Origin: Trichoplax sp. H2
Taxonomy: Eukaryota
DNA length: 64,000 bases
NCBI GenBank assembly: GCA_003344405.1
Contig: NOWV01000169.1
Location: forward strand, 62,001 to 126,000
Direction: 5' to 3'
Numbering within the stretch: the stretch's first letter is position 1; each line of letters opens with the position of its first letter. Under the pieces are notes generated by a model. It saw nothing but the letters and a program-made list of their open reading frames with translations. It ran no database searches and had not been told where the DNA came from. The translations under genes and the position numbers were made by a program. Shown piece by piece: positions 25,651 through 50,500 of this stretch.

Positions 25651-26170
25651 TAACAAACTTATCGTACTGCATGTCATAAAACTTCAAAGGGCAACAAAGG
25701 GCAACTGTACTTAGATTGATTCATTATATAGCTACGGTAGCTTACCATTAAGAGTAAAATTCTAAAGCCCAGAAACATTAAGATTAATTTAAGTATCGTC
25801 ATACATTAGCAAGCCAAGACAAAAATTTCACCATAAATATAAAATAATAGCAGTTTATTAGCTATTTTACGGTAGCTACGTAAGTTACCACCATAACATT
25901 TATATTTAATAAGGCGTAGATATAATGTTTGCAATTAACCATCCGAATTATGCCTCACATAGGTATTTACTGTTAAAACATTACAGTAGAAATTACGGGA
26001 ATGTTAGTACATCTTTGATTTAGAAACTACAGTAATGCCTATCGTAGTTTATTAATGTTTGCAAAATAGCAACAGGGTTTTAAATTATAAAGGTGATAAA
26101 CTTAATTCCAGAACAATCTCGTAAGCTATTTGCGGAAGGGTTTTACGGTTTAAATTGTGAAAAAAAGCAA

Positions 26171-37494
<11,324 letters not shown>

Positions 37495-37651
37495 TATGGA
37501 AGTCTTAAGGATATACTCGTGGAGTAGATATCTAGAGATAAAAGAATATCCTCATAAAATATGATATTTACTGTAGTACATGTACACTAGCACACTAGTT
37601 GTTTATTAATTTGATATTCCACAAAGAGGAAGTATATAAGCAGAGTATATA

Positions 37652-39660
37652 AGTACTTCTCTTCGACAGCCTGGCGCTACAAAAACGGCGAGGAATTAAT
37701 TAGTTGCAGAACTTGTAGCTATAATGCGGTGCTTGTTGCACAGTACGCGCAAAAAACAGTAAAGTACAGTACTGTACTGTACTGTACTGTACTGTACTGT
37801 ATAGTAAGTGTACAGTACAGTACTTCTCTTCGACAGCCTGGCGTTACAAAAACTGTGAAGAATTAGTTGCAGAACTTGCAGCTACAGTACAATGAGGTGC
37901 TTGCGTACTGTACAGTGTACAGTACTGTACGCGCAAAAAAACGTAAAGTACAGTACAGTACAGTACAGTACTATACTGTACTGTACACTTCAAGTACAGT
38001 GTATAGTACTGTAGACACAGTACTGTACAGTAGAGTTGTACTGTAGACATGTAGTACTGTACAGTACAGTCCGGTACAGCACTTGCAGCCATTCACGTAC
38101 GCGTACAGTACTGTACTGTACTGTATTCGAGTATTATACTGTACTGTACTCTACTGGGAGATGCGGGAAATTTCGAATTTATGGTACCAACGTACTGTAC
38201 CAACAGAAAGTGGTCCTGGTCCTGTAGTACTGTACACTATACTGTACTCAGTGTACAGTACTGTACTGTACTAAACAGACTGTGTAACTAACCATGCATA
38301 TCCCCCGTTATTAATAATGCACTACGTAACGACATGTAACAGTACTGTACTGTATACATAAGTCTCATTTGTACTGTAGCGGAAACGCTCTTCAGAAGAA
38401 GAGTAAGAAGCATAGGGGCAAAATTGCTAAACGACTAAATGACTTCCTTACTTTCTTGCCACTCTCGAGCTTCCGAATCCGAAGCCCTGTTCTTACTTGC
38501 TGTACTGTACAGTACAGTACAGTACAGTACGCGCAAAAAAACGTAAAGTACAGTACTGTACAGTACTATACAGGTACTGTACAGTACAATACTGTAGATA
38601 CAGTAGAGTTGTACAGTACTGTACACTAATGTACAGTACAGTAGGCTATGCAACTGCATACTGAACAGTACAGTACTGTACAGTACAGTGTACACTGAGT
38701 GTACATGTACTGTAGACATGTACAGTAGTACTGTACAGTCCGGTACAGCACTTGCAGCCATTCACTGTACGCGTACAGTACTATACAGTACTGTATTCGA
38801 GTATTATACTGTACTCTACTGTACAGTATATATATACAATACATACAGTACTGTACAGTAGGACGACGCCATATTGAAAGGCAGGANNNNNNNNNNNNNN
38901 NNNNNNTTGCTGTACTGTACAGTACAGTACAGTACAGTACGCGCAAAAAAACGTAAAGTACAGTACTGTACAGTACTATACAGGTACTGTACAGTACAAT
39001 ACTGTAGATACAGTAGAGTTGTACAGTACTGTACACTAATGTACAGTACAGTAGGCTATGCAACTGCATACTGAACAGTACAGTACTGTAGACATGTACA
39101 GTAGTACTGTACAGTCCGGTACAGCACTTGCAGCCATTCACTGTACGCGTACAGTACTATACAGTACTGTATTCGAGTATTATACTGTACTCTACTGTAC
39201 AGTATATATATACAATACATACAGTACTGTACAGTAGGACGACGCCATATTGAAAGGCAGGAATGAGTACGCGCGTGGTAGAGGCGTGGCAGCGTGCAAT
39301 AGTACTGTACACTGTACAGTGTACAGTACAGTACTGTAGTGAGAGACAGGAAACGAATTTTTATCGACAAAAATCTACAGTACAGTACTGTACAGTGTAC
39401 GGTACGGTACAGATTCTGCTCCGTTATTAAAGTTGTCCCTTTTGGGCTACCGTAGAAAGTCCTGTAATCGCACGTACTGTACGGTACAGTACGGATACGA
39501 CAACAAACTGAGCCAGTAGCTTAGCGTTAGCGTAGTGGATCGATTTGTAAATACTGTATGATTAGTCAATAGTACTGTACAGTACTGTACAATGTACTGT
39601 ACACTGTACAGTACATCGTGAAATGATACTACACAGTACTGTACTGTAGTCTACACTACA
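37652..39660. repeat. Compound repeat upstream of SNRNP200: dense (ACAGT/ACTGT)n with repeated unique modules
   Basis: AGTACTTCTCTTCGACAGCCTGGCG...TTAGTTGCAGAACTTG occurs at 37652 and 37819 (167-bp period). CGCGCAAAAAA(A)C(A)GTAAAGTACAG occurs four times (~37747, 37930, 38530, 38940). GTCCGGTACAGCACTTGCAGCCATTCAC occurs three times. 38497-38886 is repeated at 38907-39262. Confidence 0.9.
38887..38906. other. Assembly gap (20 N)
   Basis: Run of N directly visible. Confidence 1.
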
Positions 39661-41706
39661 GTAATGTCGACGATCATCCTTATCATAACGCAGTTTAGCC
39701 AATATATTTACCTTAATGCAATGATGATGTGGTTAACAAAGAAGAGTGTTGTACAGTACAGTATATTATACGCGTAAGCAACGGGAGCGATCCCGTAAAT
39801 TTTATTCATTTCGTTACGGCCAAAAAAATGTCGATTTCAGTAACTCCAATTTAATAATAAAACTAAAAAAAACACTGACGTTATACTGTATGTTACGTTA
39901 TGACATACTGTACAGTAATAGGATTACAGTATGCTGTAAGTAAGCTTGGTGTCACTTAGCAATATTACGAATGGTATTTTCAATGTCTGTACTCTGCAGA
40001 AATTTCTACGTTAGAGCAATTCGTTTCACATAAAGAAATTGTAAGATAAAAGGGACTGTAAAAAAGACTCTTATACTGACCTATAGAAATGTATAAATAC
40101 CCCGGCGCCCGCTCATTCGAAGGGAGAGTGAGTGGGATTCTACACTCTGAATCATTCTACTTAATAGAATATCACTACTCTCTTATTAATGTCCAGCACG
40201 TTGGGCATCTTCACAATTACAGTGTTTCTCGTATCATAAATCTTGTACTATAATAAGTCAACTGGCTAATATTGGTCATCAGCAATTTCTAAGATAGTAG
40301 TTATCAATCATCTAATATTAGCTTTATAATCAAATACGGGGGCGCATCACTACAAGCCCATATACTGTACTGTACGTGTACAATACAGTAATAAATGTAA
40401 AGGAAGTTTCCAGTTCCATTCCCATTATTTTTGTAGTTGCTGGTTGTACTGCATTTGAAATGTTTCTCGTACTACAGAGTCGACAAACACCGGTGATCTC
40501 ATTGAGAGCCTTTGTTGCTAACTTGCATGCTTTCACAAATTTGACTCAATTTACAGTTAATAAAAACTCATAGGTACGTAATAGCTGCCAAGTACAGTAG
40601 TGTGAGTCAGGGTACTGCAGTGGAATTTTTTTAACCTATGGAGTACTCTACATAAAAGAGTCATCGATTTACGGCAAGTAAAAGAAGTTTGCAGTACAAC
40701 ACTGAATTTACTTATAATTAATTCACGATAGTCTACTTTGTACATATATGCAAGTAGGTACTGTGCATTAAGTAGGACACTAAGTTTTGCAGAAGTTCGT
40801 TATACCGGTAAATACTGTAAATCTATCTATTTCTTCCAATCTCTAATTCAAACCTTTTACTGCAATCATATAAATGCTATAAACAGTGGTAAGTAAGCTT
40901 TTAGATCAACTAAGAAGGATTGGAATTATAAGCAATCTTTCTTGGACACCCAGCATTGACAGTATCATAATAGCCTCTTGATGTGGTATTATGCAAGTGC
41001 AACTGCAAAGCCGGTAAATAGAGGAAGAACGTTATGTTTGTTTATATAAAATCACTATGACCCCTGAATTCCGAGAAAGATCACCGCACTGAAAGCTTTA
41101 TATTAGGCTTTCTAAGAATTGAGTCCACCTGCCGAGCCAGAATGCTGTAATTCGGATGCAATTAAGATTAGAAAGAGCCCTGTAATTAGCGTCAAGTGAT
41201 AAAGGCTCAGCAATCTTCGACTTTATTAATATGCGTATATGGGTATATTTAATCTAGTACTAGCACTAGCACATCTGTAATCTTTCAAGCGAGGAAATAC
41301 GCATTCAACTAGGCCTTTTATAACATGTCGTTAACAATATTCACTAAGTTCGAATTTAAGATTTCAAAATTTTAAATGGGCTGCATGCATTGCCAGATAT
41401 TAGAATGTACGGTTGTTTTAGTTAGGTGGATACTCTATAAACTTTATAGTGACATGCTATCTTCATCAGACAGGTGATCAACACTAGTGATCAGTAAAGT
41501 TTCCTTGACCTTTAAAACTGTATTATGTTACTTTCAATCACGCCTAGATTGCTGGGAAATTAGCATGGTGTCATTTCACGCCATGACATCATCTTTAACT
41601 CGCAATCCTATACTGGCATAATAATTTTACTTTATAAATTTGCATGTCAACTTATTTATTTCCACAATTTCTAGCTCTCCAACAGAAGATATCTTGAAAT
41701 TTCGCT

Positions 41707-42483
41707 ATGGATTCTCCTGAAAGTAACTTTATTAATAATCACTTTCATAGATTTTTTAGGCCTGTAGTATTATATAATACCGCTGCAGACCGTGAACATC
41801 AAATGCTAATAGCCAACTATCCGATGGACTGCAGTTATCCAGTAAGCACGATGAGATCTGAAATGCCATCTATTGCACCATATAATCTGCAGTCTAATAA
41901 TTTACCGCAGCTGTCATCGGTAGCATATTATCATTCGCCGGGTTGGTTATCGACTTCACCATCTACATCACCATCGGTATCGACATTATCCACTTGTAAT
42001 TATTACAATAACCATCACGAGTATAAGCATCCTTCAAGTCCGTTGATTTTAATGTATCATTATGCTAACATGCTTCCATTATCAACAACGGGCCAAGCTC
42101 AACATGATAAAAATAATCATCCTGTTCTTGATTCTAAATCTGTCAAAGCAGTGAAAAAAAAGCGATATCAGTGCCCAAAATGTCAGACAAATTGCTCCAA
42201 TAACGGCCAGTTACGTGATCATTTAAGAATTCATACAGGTGAGAGACCATATCAGTGTGACTTTTGTGGTAGGCGGTTTACACGTAACGAGGAATTAACA
42301 AGGCATAAACGAATCCATACCAATGAGAAACCATTTCGATGTCCAATTTGTTTTAAAAGATTCGGCAGACGCGACCATTTAAATAAGCATATCAAGACAC
42401 ATTCCAACGGAAAAAGGACACAGAGAAAAATTTTCGAACCCTGCAGTGAAGAAAATTCGGAGGCTCGAAAATCCGAAGAATAA
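41707..42483 (+). CDS. hkb: Huckebein-type triple C2H2 zinc-finger transcription factor, intronless CDS, 258 aa
   Basis: Fingers CPKCQTNCSNNGQLRDHLRIH-TGERPY-QCDFCGRRFTRNEELTRHKRIH-TNEKPF-RCPICFKRFGRRDHLNKHIKTH. The recognition helices SNNGQL / TRNEELTRH / GRRDHL are those I recall for Drosophila Huckebein and differ from Sp/KLF/EGR (RSDELTRH, RSDHL). The N-terminus is Ser/Pro/His/Tyr-rich. Confidence 0.85.
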   Translation: MDSPESNFINNHFHRFFRPVVLYNTAADREHQMLIANYPMDCSYPVSTMRSEMPSIAPYNLQSNNLPQLSSVAYYHSPGWLSTSPSTSPSVSTLSTCNYYNNHHEYKHPSSPLILMYHYANMLPLSTTGQAQHDKNNHPVLDSKSVKAVKKKRYQCPKCQTNCSNNGQLRDHLRIHTGERPYQCDFCGRRFTRNEELTRHKRIHTNEKPFRCPICFKRFGRRDHLNKHIKTHSNGKRTQRKIFEPCSEENSEARKSEE

Positions 42484-44536
42484 ATTTATAGTTTGTCAGA
42501 TTTCATCGATATTTTTGTATTAATAGAATTTTGGTTTCACGAATTATACTATAATAGTAACATGCATGGTTTTATGACTATCTTAGGCGTTTTTAATTTG
42601 CATTTTATGAAAGTAATAATCTCAGGCATATATTTCACAATATGAACTGTTAATATTTTAACTATTATCTAACAGTTAACTTATAAGATTTTCGTCAATG
42701 GCCAAATTTTATTGCCAATATTTGTCGTGCCTTGTTCAAATTCTGTAACGTATTTAAATGATACAGATTTCTATATAGTCAATTTAAAATCGCAAAAACA
42801 AATCCTATTTTAAGTGCTTCTCATTTTATTTATCTCAACCTATAAAATTAATATTTGATACGTAGTTACACAATTATTTTAATTTCGCGAGTACTTTTTT
42901 AATCCAACTGAATGTTAAGAGGAAATAGATGAGCACTGCAGATTTATCTTCAATAAACTTTAAAACACTTCCAAACCTATTCTTATATTAACAGTGTCGT
43001 CAATAAAATTGGATCACATCTTAAGTTTTGCTGATACTGATCGTGAATGAGAGAAAACGAGCGACCATGCTGCTAGTTATAAATGGCTACGATTTTGCTA
43101 CATATATCTAGACGTAAATTCTCCTGTCTACTATTTCGAGATAAAACTGATCAAAGTCTTAGTTTACTAACTGATTTACTATACCATTCGTGGAAGAGAT
43201 TATGAGAAAATTTATGATATTTTACTCACGTTAGATCAAGCAAACACTGTACAAATAAATGCTCATAGTTGCATACGCGTATTGTTCGTTGCACTAGTTT
43301 AAATCACATTAGTAACAGCCTATAGGTATGTACTAATATAGCGTTCGTAATGTTATCGTCTACTGCATAATACTGAAAGATTGCTTTTTAACTGCGTTAT
43401 AATCCATAACAACACTTAATAAGACTTATTTCGTTTTAGGCGAGTTAGACATTTTTACACGAATAACAAAGCCGTCGCACTAATAATAACGCAATTTTGA
43501 CCTTAATGAACTATTTTGTTAGCTGCATATATACGGTAGTTATCATTGCGCATCACATTAAGTGTAATAATTATATATAGTATGTTATATAATCGAACGA
43601 AGGGTCTACCGTACTAGCAACATAATAGCGATACAGTACTTTCGGATTACATACATCTCGCGTGTTATATTTCCGCAGCAATTAAAAGTTGCGTAGGGAT
43701 AAATAGTGACCGCGAAGATATCCATAATTATTTCTTAGCGTTTTGTTGAACATTGCGTAGTACTATAGTATTGCATTTTATTTAGCTGCCTACGAAATTG
43801 AAAAGACCGAACTGTAGTATCTCCGTCAGAGAAGTGACTGGACGTTAAGCTACGTAGTACAGTATACGAATGTATAAACGCTATGGGCGTATTCGGATAA
43901 TGAATTATAGCTAATTTTAGTCATTTATACAATGAAGTCTACAGCTTAAAATTAAAGTTTCCGTGATGATTAAAATAATTACAACTATCATACGCGTACA
44001 CGTACAGTATATTACTTCAAAATTATACAGTTCAATTTACCTATGGCGTGCGTGTATCTCTTAAAATGTTGCCTACAAGTAGGGTGACGTGCACGATTAC
44101 TGTTTTCATAATATTGTTGTCTTGATTGCTAGTGCAACACTGAATACAGTATAGTTACTCATTGAAATATAGTTGATATAAGATAGTATCAAGATATCAG
44201 AATAGTCTTATTGACATTTTTAGGAGTAATCTTAACAGACCATCCATGAGTAAATAATAGAGTTATAAACACTTTCAGAAAGATTTAGAGTACCAATATA
44301 GCATATACAAACGATAGTATACTATAGTAACAATCAGTTAAGTAGATATAGCAGCAGATAGAATTACAGAAGTAGCATTGTGGATTATCAAAAGTGACGC
44401 TTGATTAACGCACTATAAGTAAGTCCGTAATAAATGCAGAACTTCTATAAATTCTGTGCGAGTCTACAATTATAATTATTTCACGTAACTTAATTAAAAT
44501 AAGTTGATTTACGCCTGCTAAGACCCAAGGTAGCCA

Positions 44537-47500
44537 TCAGTTCATCATATCGCATAGCTTCGAATCTGTGACGTAGTCAAAAGTCTCTTTTAATTCGTTC
44601 AGCCTTTCCGGCAAATCCACGTTCTGTTCTTTATTAATTTTTATACTCAACACTTTTCCATAAAGGTCTTTCAAGCGAAATATTAAATTGGGATCTCTAT
44701 ATATTAAAAAATGTAGTATATTTATCTAAATACTTATAGGGAAGCTGATAGCTGTCTAAATGATAGTCACCTTTTCTTACAAGAATTGGCAGCTAAAAGC
44801 ATATTTCTTAAAGTTGTTAAAGTCTGCTTCATAACAAGGCCTAGCAACTTCGTCAAATCATCATATTGAAAACTCCGGGTTTGAAGATTAACTGGTATTT
44901 GTGTACCACTTTCTTGCTCCTGGATAATTTTCGAGGTCGATTTTCGCTGATTCCTATCATCAATTTTCGACGAAATGTGATCCAGTAGCGGTTTCGTATC
45001 TTTGAATTTGATCAAGATACTTGCTAACGTTCTCAGTCTGGTACTCGGGCTAATATTTTCCACTATGTGAATAATTAGAACAATATAAAGTCATTCAACC
45101 AATTGGCAATTTGAATCAATGGAGATTACAGAACAAGAATCATAAAAACCTTCAAGACTTTTCAGAGCACACTGTTCCAAATGTATCCGAAGACATGCCA
45201 TCACATCTGTATCGGGCTTAATGAGGGTCAATGATTTATCATAATATCGATTCGCTAGAGTTCTAAAATACCTAATACGTTGTTCATCCACAATCTATGT
45301 TATAATCCATTGTAATACCGTTAAAGATTATAAATTAAGAAAGAAACCTATCATATTCAGAGATAATTTTTTATTAGTCTACCTTTTGACGAATCGAGTT
45401 GTGATGTAAAGTTGCTAAATCGAAGTATACATAGCCCATTTGTTTAACGGTTTCGGAATGTTTACTATGTACAACAAAAAATTCTAATAACGGCAAGTTT
45501 ACTATAAAAAAATATGATAACTTAAGCAATTACTCTGACATATCCTGCTCCCTTAATTGTATTTCATACAGGCTAAGGAGTTTATGGAGCAAGTCGGTAA
45601 CCTCTTTTTCAATCTAGTATCAATAGATAATAGATAACTTTCCGATAAACATTGTCATAGGTGATTTATAGCAACAATATCTACGTCTATACGCGTATAA
45701 TGAACATTCATACCTCTTCTATGCTCATATAAGCCAAAGGAGGATATTCCTGAAGTAAGGTAGCAAGAATTCGATACGTTCCGCATAACTGATCTCGAAT
45801 TGAGTCCCAAATTTGCACATAGTTTTTCCGGACTCCCAAGACGTTTAAAGCTCGAATGTATGCTTCTATTGCCTACACCGAAAATTTACTAATAGTCACC
45901 ATAGATAACTGGACAGCTTTATAATATAATTTTTTGCCGATCTTAATTGCTAATAAAAATCAGCAAGAAACTTTTAAATTACAGAGACAGTACGGATTTT
46001 TTAAGAAAGCCAATCTATTTCTTTTACCTTATACATATACATTTTTTCTTCTTCCGTAACTTGCCTTGCTTTTTCTCTTTGCTTTGATTCTCGAATTCCA
46101 ATAGAATGAACATATAACCTTAACAGCCGTCCAATATTACTATTTAGTAAGGCAATATTGGGCCTGTAATAAAATGAATATCGTAATGATCATCGAGAAC
46201 ACATGGTATATTATAGTTAATGATTTAATAGAATGCTAAACATCTCCCGCACCGATCAGAAATAGTCTCAAAAGTTCTAATGCCAGCTTCAAAGAATGCA
46301 GCACTTTTTTTCCAAGCTTTCTCAGCAGCTTTAAGTGATGGCTCTATAAATAGAGGAAAATGGATTATTTACGATATCTTGAAATAGGAAACGAAGCTGT
46401 GTTAGTTGTACAGTAATTCAACTATTAATGTTACATACCATCTTTAGATGATATTTCTGCTGCTAAAGTCATATAGTAAGTACCCAATTCATTTCTATTA
46501 TTTCCAATTCTTTTGGTAATTGCGATAGACTGCTTTCAATAAAAATACGTCATACCACGAAGCGTCAGTCAATTTATTGATCTCTAAGAGCACTGACAGT
46601 AACGATGCTGCACATAGTTAGAGATACTACTCTCGATTTTACAAGATATATTTAAGATTCAAAAATTCATGTTATTAATTTTATAAAACTTCATTATTGA
46701 TAATTTCATATTTACTCTAAAGAATAGTACCTCATCATCTATTTTACACTGGTGAGCTAATGCCATTTTGTAGAGCGTCTCGCTGTAGAAATTAATAAAG
46801 TATCAGGTTCGTAAGTAAAGAACCTATAGATCCGTTAAATTTTCCCCACCAATTTGTTACCTATTCGTACGTTAGCGAAAAATACTACACAAGTTTTAAA
46901 TTTGCTTGCCTAGAAAGTAAGCACTCTTCTATGTTACTTGCGAATTCCTTGGGGTATGATTGTAAACAACGATCTGTATTTATGAAATTTAAAAACTTAC
47001 AAATTTGTTACAAATATAATATTTTCGGAATCAGAATATAACTAGCATTCTACAAAACCGACCATTATAAAATTTATTTAAGGTTTTCAGGACACCAATT
47101 ATGGTGCTTTCATCAGATGTCGAATCGGAGAATTCTTTCTGTAATTTTTATTAAGCCGAGGTCGAATGGAAATATCAAATTATTATTCAATACTTATGCT
47201 TTACGAATCATGAAAGCACACCTGAAAGTTGCGGATACGACCTGGTACCTATATGTCGGAAGCAATTTTTTTACATTTTACCAATTGTAACTATAAATCT
47301 ATTGTAACCATGAATGTCTATAAAATTCTTCAAGAGCGTAATCTAAACTACGTAAAACAATTTAACACGTGTCTAAAATCATTATTTCGAAGTCAAAAAA
47401 GTAGTAAGCATTATTCTACAAACTCTAGCAACTGAAAACAATAGAACCTTCTACGACTCATTAAGTGAAATCTGGAATTAATAAAATTGACATGCAATAG

Positions 47501-50500
47501 ATATAAAACAGCAGCGGTAGTACAAGGCTAGCCTACTACAATATGTCGCTACTTGATATAACAAATTACACGTGATGCAGGTAGATTACTAAATTATTAT
47601 TTTTGTCAACGCATGTTAAAAGTTCATGGAATAGAATTTAAAACTGACTACATATCTGAATTTTAGCTGTAAAGTATCAACAGCATTATTCACCTTTGTA
47701 ACTTTCAAAAATATATCTCCTGCCTTGACTAATGCGGCCTGTATTGAATTTCTGTGAAATTGGCATTCGGCTGTGCGACATTCATTAAGCAGAAATTCTA
47801 GTTAAAGATAAGTTATTTGTTTAGGGAAAAATGACATTCGAAACCTGCAACTTATATTAATAATTACCATCACATGCCAAAGATAATTTTAAAAATCGTA
47901 CTGCAGCGCCATATTTCAGGCTCAGGTCCTTAATATGCGCTAGTTTTAAGCAGGCTCGTTTCGCTTGTTTCATAAAGATTATTGTTGATAAATACTTGCT
48001 ATCTTCAGTTGAAAAGCAGCTTTCCGATAATTCTTCATTTTTCTTGCGCAAGCTGGAATGATTGCATTTATTATTAGTTATGCATTTAGCGTTAGCACAT
48101 GCTAAGCATGATTCAGTTTTATCCATTTGGTACAGTCTTCTTCCTCTGATATTGATTCCAGCCTCTATAATCGCTGCTCTTCGAATATTAGCCGTACTTT
48201 CTAGACCCTGAACGAAGTATTAATGAAATTAGTAATTTGTAAGAAAATGTTACGTCTTCGGTACGGATGAAAGAGTTCGTAGAACTGTTGCTTCTATAAA
48301 TTAATAAAAGCAGCATTTTACGACAATCAACGAATACCACTTTACCAGACTAAACGAACCTGAGAGATGTGCTTCAGCGCTTTCCTGTAGTTCTCTTCAC
48401 TATTTCCTTCTACAGGAATAGGCTTAGGAGTTCGCTACAGCAAAGTCAGGTAATATTTTAAACTATATACAGTATTAGTGTAAAGTGTATATCCGTAAAA
48501 ATAACAGTACATACGGTATTAACTTCTGAAAATAAGATGTCATCCGTGGACTCGGCTTTGAAATTTATAACGGATGTTTCCTAGAATTTACAAATAAGTA
48601 ACTCAATTGTTATCAATAATAAGGCAATCACTCAATATTTTTGTTCATGATATTAAAATACCAAGGTATTACATTAACTATTATGTTCTTCGTAACGCTG
48701 GCTTCATTTCTTGTACTTGGTAAGCATTTGATACAGCTATCACAGTATCTGTTGCATTCATACTTTAAAAGCTGATCTGCATCAGAATTCTCGGTGGAGC
48801 TTTCGATACATTGGCATCCCGACTTTAATTCAGTAATGTCGATTAAGAGTTCACTTAACATCTGATTTGCAAGGGTGTAAATCTAGTTGTTTAGAAAACA
48901 AAGATTGTGAAATAACTACGTGAAGAAGCACCGTTACTATGTTAATAATTATCAAGGGCCAAGCCAGTGCAACACCAGCAGTAACCCAACTTACCTCGGC
49001 ATTAATTACTGGATCAAGCAAAGGTATACAATTTTTTAAAAGTGAGTGAACTGAATGTAGGTCACTAAAAGTAACAATAGTACTCAATTACATTGACGAT
49101 ATATATTTAGAATTAAAGTAAACCGGTTATGCTTTCGCTTTATTTTTGCCTACCTATTACTTTTTTTTTCCAATTTGCATAGATTGTATGCTACCCTGTC
49201 AGGTGAGGTGTTATATTATTACCTTAAGTTATCATCACTTTAGTGGGTATATGGATGATACCATATTTATGCATTTACAGGTAAAATATATCAGATGTAT
49301 AGCTTTCATATCTATGGTACAATTATTAAATTTTTTACTTATATAATAGCATTGCAACTGGTAATTGAAAAGGATTGCAATCTGAGCCCTCTCCAGTCTA
49401 AGGAAATCGATACGAATATATTAATGACAACCGGTATTTAAGTGCCATTTTGCATATTCTCGGCATTAGATAGAAATTTATGAATTATGTTACTTAATCC
49501 ACCATTATACTTATCATACAATACCTCTGCACAGAGTGAAGTTAAATCATACAATTTAATAATATCTTCGTGTTTATCTTTTAAAAGCCAGTATGTGTGA
49601 CCTTCTTGCGTACAGTTGGACTTAAGAAACGATAGAATGTTTCTCGCAATATCTTTTATTAGCTAAGCATATTTAAGCAATTTTTATAAATAGTTAATAG
49701 CGAGAACAATGCATATTTTACTAATAGATATTAAACAATTATTTATTTAACTACTGTACCTTAGGCGAAAACTGACTTCCTTCAGCTTTGGGAATATCTT
49801 CAGTTTTGATTAGTTCATAGTCCTTTGCGGTAGCTAAGTTTAAGTATTCTACATCATATGCAACATTTTGTATCTATTAAAGAACAATTCTTACTTTAAC
49901 GATTCCGTTCAAATGATAACACATTGCTAATTCGGGAACATTACACATCAGATTATCCAGCCAATAATCTAGGCCAGTCAGAACATTAATGGGCTTCCCA
50001 AATTCTCTTTCGAATACAAGAATCTACTTCAGAAGCAGTCTCAAGCCAATATATACTGACTAACTTTACATTTTCTCGCTTACCCATGTCGTAAACTAAC
50101 AGCAGGATGGGTTCCTCTCCCAAATATCGGCATATTTGAACCCACTAGCATTTTAATATTTTCAAATTTCCAAATTACGTTCTGTTGAAAGGCGGCCTAA
50201 AATAATTTTTATTTCACAACTTTAATACTAAAATGGAATATACCGAAGATATAGTTAAGATATTGATTGAGGAATAATAATGAGGAGAAACGAACAGAGC
50301 TCTTGCAGCTATCTAATATCGACAATGGTAAGGCTTTATGACTGGAACGGGCTAATTCGTTTTTCAAATTTACTTCTGTGTTACCAAACAAAGATACTGT
50401 TTCGTGTTTAATCGACGCTTGTGGATCTTTAAATAATGAAGTAATGTTATTCATAGACAATATTTGATCCAGGTTTCTTTCATTTTCTATGCTAAAAGAT

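Noticed and set aside
37740-38965. Repeated CGCGCAAAAAAACGTAAAGTACAG as a possible CRISPR-like array
   Set aside because: Spacing is irregular and long, the intervening sequences are homologous to each other, the context is eukaryotic and there are no cas genes.
37844-39370. Many overlapping Y/C/T/V/S-rich ORFs (up to 171 aa)
   Set aside because: These are translations of (ACAGT/ACTGT)n repeats on both strands; some read through the N gap.
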